Source: Bdellovibrionota bacterium
GTDB taxonomy: Bacteria > Bdellovibrionota_C > UBA2361 > CALJRW01
Assembly (NCBI GenBank): GCA_041740355.1
Contig: JBGSMD010000051.1
Location: forward strand, 1-64,000
Direction of reading: 5' to 3'
Length of the DNA stretch: 64,000 nt
Part shown: in pieces, positions 60,901-64,000 of the stretch
Numbering within the stretch: the stretch's first letter is position 1
Layout of the letters: each line of letters begins with the position of its first letter
Translations under genes and position numbers: made by a program
Notes under the pieces: generated by a model
Seen by the model: the letters and a program-made list of their open reading frames with translations, nothing else
Told to the model about the DNA's origin: nothing
Databases searched by the model: none

Positions 60901-63702
60901 GTAAATTTCGATCTGTTAATTATTAATCAAAGTAACGATGGCTATCTTCAAAATATTAATCAAAGTCTAGAACACTTAGTTAAATCTAAATGTGCCGCAA
61001 GTATTATAGAAGCAAAGGCGGGGGTTTTCATCAGGAACTTAAAACAAATTTCTAGTGAAGAATTTTTACTTTTAAAATCGGTGGCCAGGGTAACCTTTAA
61101 TGGCGAAAAAGGTGACCTTGAAAGTCAACTGCAACTTCCAGGAGAACTCTCAAGTTCGCGCGCCGATCGCCGGGGAACTCTGGACTATATATTCAAAGAA
61201 GATCAAGATTTAACCACTAGTCAATTATCTTACAAGCCTTCCGATTTAGAATTTCACAACGGACTTGGTGGTTTTATAGATCAAGGTAAAGCCTATGCTT
61301 TGCAAGTTAAAAGTTCTAATTTAGCACCAGTGCCTTGGATCAATGTGGTAGCTAATCGAAATTTTGGTTTTACAATTTCAGAATCCGGAAGTGGATATAC
61401 TTGGTCAGAAAACTGTCGTGAAAATAGACTGTCTACTTGGAGTAACGATCCCGTTTCCGATCGCCCCAGTGAAGTAGTTTACTTACGAGACATGAACACA
61501 GGTGCTTTTTGGTCGCCAACTCCCTTGCCAATTAGAAGTACCCGATCTTATCAGGTTGAGCACCATCAAGGATATTCAATCTTTAAAACTATCTCAGATC
61601 ATATTTATACGGAACTAATCGTTTCCGGATCGATGACTGAAAATATTAAGTGGTGGAGTATAAAAATTAAGAATCTGGATAGTCGACCTAGACACGTAGA
61701 AGTATACTTATATGTGGAGTGGGTTTTAGGAGTATTACGACATCAAACCCAACCATTTATTAGCACTACGTTTGATCCAAAAAGTGAAATATTAACTGCC
61801 CAAAATTTTTACAATAATGAATTTTCGGAATCAGTTGCGTACTTAGGTTCAAACACTGCATTAAGTTCTTACACAACAAGTAGAACCGAATTTATTGGAC
61901 GTAATCATACTCTTTCATCTCCTGTGATCTTAGAAGACAATGTCTCGCTACCATCACTAGTTAAATTAGCAAAAAAAGCTAACTTCACAAGACTGGTAAA
62001 TCTAAGTAGAGAGACTGGAACTGGGATTGATTCCTGTGGAGCTTTAAAAGTTAATCTTTCCTTGGATCCGAAGGATTTACAAGAGGTAATCTTTTACTTA
62101 GGAGTAGCCAAGAATCTGACTGAAGCACGTAATCAAGCCAAACATCAAGCTAAAGTCAGCTTTAAAGATCATTCGCTTACTTTAGTTAAAGATTATTGGT
62201 CAGAAGCTTCCAATAAAATTCAGATTAAATCTCCTGATCGGAGCTTTGATATCCTCATGAATTCTTGGCTTACTTATCAGTGCTTATCAGCCAGAATCTT
62301 TGGCCGAACTGGTTTTTATCAAAGTGGCGGAGCCTATGGATTCCGAGATCAACTCCAAGATGGGATTGCTTTAGTTCATAGTAAACCAGAAATTACTCGA
62401 GAATTAATTGCGCGCGCTGCTTCCAGACAGTTTGTTGAGGGAGATGTCCAACATTGGTGGCATCCACCAACAGGAAGAGGAATTCGGACAAAAATTTCTG
62501 ACAACTACCTTTGGATGCCTTACATTGCTGCCAAGTATTTAGCAGTGACAGAAGATTATGATTTGCTTGATGAACAAAGTTATTATTTAGAAGGCCCACT
62601 TCTGGCCGAAGGACAATTAAGTTCATATTTCGAACCAAGAGTTTCTGAAAAAAAAGAGTCAATCTATGAGCATTGTTTATTAGCTATTAGAAATGGTTTT
62701 CAAGTTGGCGAACATGGTCTGCCATTAATTGGCGCAGGAGATTGGAATGATGGATTAAATCATGTGGGCCATTTAGGAAAAGGTGAAAGTATTTGGCTTG
62801 CTTGGTTTTTAATTGATATTATAAATAAATGGATTCCGATTGTTAAAACTAGAAGTAGTCAGGAAGTAGTCGAAGAACTTAGTCAAAAATCAACACAGTT
62901 AAAATCGGCATTAGCTGAACACGGTTGGGATGGGCATTGGTATCGTCGAGCTTACTTTGATGATGGCACTCCTGTCGGTAGTGCCGGAGATCCGGAATGT
63001 CAGATCGACTCCATCTCGCAAAGTTGGGCAGTAATTTCGGGTGGTGCTCCTGATGAGCAAGCTCGTGAAGCTATGGATTCACTTTATGAAAAATTAGTGG
63101 ACAGTGAAAATAAATTAATGCCATTGTTACTTCCGCCCTTTGATCAAGGAGAAACAGATCCTGGATATATTAAAGCTTATCCACCTGGAATTAGAGAGAA
63201 TGGTGGTCAATACACGCATGCGGCGACTTGGGCAATTATTGCTAGCGCCATGCTGGGACATGGAAATAAGGCCACTGAATTGTTTTCTATGATCAATCCA
63301 ATTAATCATACTTCCAATTCTCAAGGCGTTAAAAAATATCGTGCCGAGCCTTATGTAACTTGCGGTGATGTCTATTCACAAGCTCCCTATGTGGGTCGAG
63401 CTGGATGGAGTTGGTACACTGGCTCCTGTGGATGGCTATATCAGGCTGGCTTAAATCACATCCTCGGATTTAAAGTTGCTGGGAATAAATTAACAATTAA
63501 TCCATGTATTCCAAAAACCTGGGATAAATTTCAGATTAATTATGAGTATCAGAATACTAAATACATTATTGAAGTAGAGAATCCTTCTGGCGTTGAGACT
63601 GGTATTTTAAAAGTAATCTTAAATGGCTCCGAAGTAGGACAAGAGATAGAGTTATTGGAGAATTTGACGGAGGTACAATCAATAAAAATTTTGATGGGAT
63701 GA
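54958..63702 (+). CDS. ndvB: Cyclic beta-1,2-glucan synthase (GT84 + glucoamylase-like + GH94), NdvB/ChvB/Cgs
   Basis: EWFLDNY, GWERKRGK, SHDLFEG, RQHRWVRGDWQ, SWSGTMFEYLMP, QSGGAYGFRDQLQD, GDWNDG, RENGGQYTH; 2914 aa. Confidence 0.93.
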   Translation: MQNDTKKQMHEDFLSAETPLFEISAGLNSNYRADRPLRSDVLSKEELIQFAANLADGHEIVFFHKEIANIYPRFEDNARVLEESYFILAKGLKENSRLSPAGEWFLDNYHVIEQHIREIRKLLPKKYYRSLPVIKNNKTKHNNPKPRIYILVLALVAHSDSVVDSDLLSAFISSYQEKLALTIGELWALPIMLRLALIENLRRLAISDLKVQDAERKMQGIIDSIIHEGLESPTQILLELAGAIKAQGTLSSSDSASLIRQLREAGPQTALALNWFEQWLTEKGQNIDELLGEEWFSKAANQISIGNSFTSLKSILLINWKKWVEKNSLVDEILKQDPADIYFRCDFETRNRYRSKIEGLARSLKCSEIEVAERLISFIRSKELEITESLKETDKASEKYLHVGFYLIDDGLQSFEQYLGFYSKYQAITKILSKRAFGLYQYSVLLLILTFLFVCIFYLSDLQASLWSISLLGLLLFIPISDLAISVMNWSLTHLVPPNVLVKLDYSSGVPEKSKTLVVVHTIFSNKVSIASQVEFLEVRYLANTDPQIDFAILADYGESSTEVKEEDQDLLDYAIQKIAELNNKYSPEQTKFFLLTRKRVWNTSQNKFLGWERKRGKITELNLLITGDQQTTFIVNVGTAELLRKIKYVLTLDTDTSLPHGTAHRLIGTLAHPLNFAEFDSKLGIVTKGYGILQPRVDISLTSSLASRFSKIFAGEGGVDPYTMAVSDLYQDLFCEGSFVGKGIYNVEVFEKALAGRVPENAILSHDLFEGLFARVGLVTDVELFDEFPKAYQSFARRQHRWVRGDWQLLPWMFRKIPNEKRELVRSPLNGLGYWKLIDNLRRSLMAPSCLALLLLSWFLNFGDPLTVTALILLVISFPVYASLANTVVSPPIGLSLSGYLKDLFKGVLQNLLQVLIIFSTLPVQAWSMVNAISLTVFRLYVSRKNLLDWETASQADARLKSGFLATIFQLFPAIFTGIGTYFLLEISLSPNLNQALPVLLLWTLSPILIYWTSFPPRILKFKLSKDDSLRLNQFALESWKFFEQLANEESNFLIPDNIQLYPQKVTAFRTSPTNIGLHYLSIITAVDLGLITLPNAVYKLTKSLETLNQLERFNGHFFNWYDLKTLIPLEPRYISTVDSGNLVGNLIVLKSACNELYQQPIVSVVRLSKLKQLINNVRHQQSEIKTFAELFNFFDQIEPLRINYTEDVGELSSEMLETIHSVLEFQKLAPLLNGLKEFLKIADSLNDSAIHLAEKLKLSPISSLKDLVPTYQQIILEIEKFNNQNLKFSLQESLDNCLFQIQQIEFIQEVCTKLISEIDFQFLYDKTKKLFYIGYQVSEGKFDTSYYDLLASESRLASLIAIAKRDVPQEHWFSLERPLTRTTSGKVLLSWSGTMFEYLMPVLLTKNFPNTLLNETYRVVVNTQRQYTAGLGIPWGISESAYARVDFEHTYQYRAFGVSGLGLKRGLAEDLVISPYSTFLSLQINPQAALTNLAMLEASGLRGEFGFYEAIDYTPDRLNQKESGHVIKSFMAHHQGMSLLAINNLLNNNIMQERFHSDPLIKSVELLLQEKFPERSPITIPHQAEIGKLKNDDHLLTTDLSELITTPHTVLPRTRILSNGYYNLMIDNAGSGYSFLPENYALTRWQEDSLRNYHGNYIFIKDLHSKKIWSTSYQPTRKEPEIYEVIFNADKIEFKRRDYDIFLHTEITISPEDHTEIRKVTITNLSRRRRNLQLTSFSEIVLNRINADEVHPAYSKLFIESELVEDLDALVFKRRKHAPNEPDLYFLHMLSMNQVWGPTEYETNREAFVGRGRNNNTPMIFDNDEPLSGKTGNVLDPIASLRTRVEIEPNKSETVTFLNIIGRTKEDVVSLAHRYQDPRSIKRSFEMAWSKSNIEFRTAQVSVKRTHLFQHLANALFFQHYKFRAESIIIAKNRLVQANLWRFGISGDLPIVLVKIGDSSHLELVAELLNAHKYLANRSVNFDLLIINQSNDGYLQNINQSLEHLVKSKCAASIIEAKAGVFIRNLKQISSEEFLLLKSVARVTFNGEKGDLESQLQLPGELSSSRADRRGTLDYIFKEDQDLTTSQLSYKPSDLEFHNGLGGFIDQGKAYALQVKSSNLAPVPWINVVANRNFGFTISESGSGYTWSENCRENRLSTWSNDPVSDRPSEVVYLRDMNTGAFWSPTPLPIRSTRSYQVEHHQGYSIFKTISDHIYTELIVSGSMTENIKWWSIKIKNLDSRPRHVEVYLYVEWVLGVLRHQTQPFISTTFDPKSEILTAQNFYNNEFSESVAYLGSNTALSSYTTSRTEFIGRNHTLSSPVILEDNVSLPSLVKLAKKANFTRLVNLSRETGTGIDSCGALKVNLSLDPKDLQEVIFYLGVAKNLTEARNQAKHQAKVSFKDHSLTLVKDYWSEASNKIQIKSPDRSFDILMNSWLTYQCLSARIFGRTGFYQSGGAYGFRDQLQDGIALVHSKPEITRELIARAASRQFVEGDVQHWWHPPTGRGIRTKISDNYLWMPYIAAKYLAVTEDYDLLDEQSYYLEGPLLAEGQLSSYFEPRVSEKKESIYEHCLLAIRNGFQVGEHGLPLIGAGDWNDGLNHVGHLGKGESIWLAWFLIDIINKWIPIVKTRSSQEVVEELSQKSTQLKSALAEHGWDGHWYRRAYFDDGTPVGSAGDPECQIDSISQSWAVISGGAPDEQAREAMDSLYEKLVDSENKLMPLLLPPFDQGETDPGYIKAYPPGIRENGGQYTHAATWAIIASAMLGHGNKATELFSMINPINHTSNSQGVKKYRAEPYVTCGDVYSQAPYVGRAGWSWYTGSCGWLYQAGLNHILGFKVAGNKLTINPCIPKTWDKFQINYEYQNTKYIIEVENPSGVETGILKVILNGSEVGQEIELLENLTEVQSIKILMG

Positions 63703-63756
63703 TGTTTAAGTAAGTAATTCTTAAAACATCACCCCGGGGCACTCGAAGGGAATTAC

Positions 63757-64000
63757 TTAGATGCCACTTGGGTCTAAAATGTTTTCCAAGCGGTCCACGT
63801 GTCCTTCACAAGCGGGAAGCAAATCTTTGGAAATCAGCAGGCGACATTCTGGTTTCAAAAAGTCTTCTTTAATCGCACTTTCGTAGTCACCAATTCCTAA
63901 TAACTCACCTTGTTTTAAGGCGGAGATTGCTACAGAAGTTCCGAGCAGTTTAGCAGATCCTTCAACCAATCTTGCAAAGTCTCCCCAGATTCCTGACTCT
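63757..64000 (-). CDS. DUF2383/ferritin-like protein, C-terminal part (runs off window)
   Basis: Frame is open to the window end: ESGIWGDFARLVEGSAKLLG...ALKQGE..G..DYE...LLP...H..RL. Confidence 0.65.
   Translation of the reverse strand, partial: ESGIWGDFARLVEGSAKLLGTSVAISALKQGELLGIGDYESAIKEDFLKPECRLLISKDLLPACEGHVDRLENILDPSGI

Overview
AT-rich bacterial window. The lineage cannot be determined from the sequence; the secreted-protein repertoire suggests Bdellovibrionota/Oligoflexia-like, which is inference. It has three zones. (1) About 0-23.9 kb: an IS3 left end, an ECF sigma/NrsF pair with matching promoters, and a row of large secreted proteins (beta-helix, a signal-peptide PAAR/disintegrin protein, ELWxxDGT, a DUF1566-like gene with a nonsense codon, CSLREA, trypsin) plus a GmrSD-Schlafen gene. 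These genes are punctuated by two intact RAYT-like (Y1 HUH) transposase elements and many of their ends, remnants and empty left+right fusions; one right end truncates an IS66. (2) About 24-48 kb: a defence island. A WYL-headed co-directional run contains XRE-Panacea/RelE, an unknown+HEPN pair, type I RM with frameshifted hsdS, a stand-alone SIR2 and type I Zorya. It is followed by a convergent AbiEi/AbiEii pair, three 34-bp perfect palindromes, and a TA cluster dominated by antitoxins whose toxins are absent or deleted. (3) About 48-64 kb: collagen-like protein, orphan genes, DEAD-box helicase, DUF3565, MOSC, a five-hairpin intergenic element, cyclic beta-1,2-glucan synthase and a partial DUF2383 gene. 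I saw no rRNA, tRNA, CRISPR array or integrase. All family calls come from motif recognition, not database searches.
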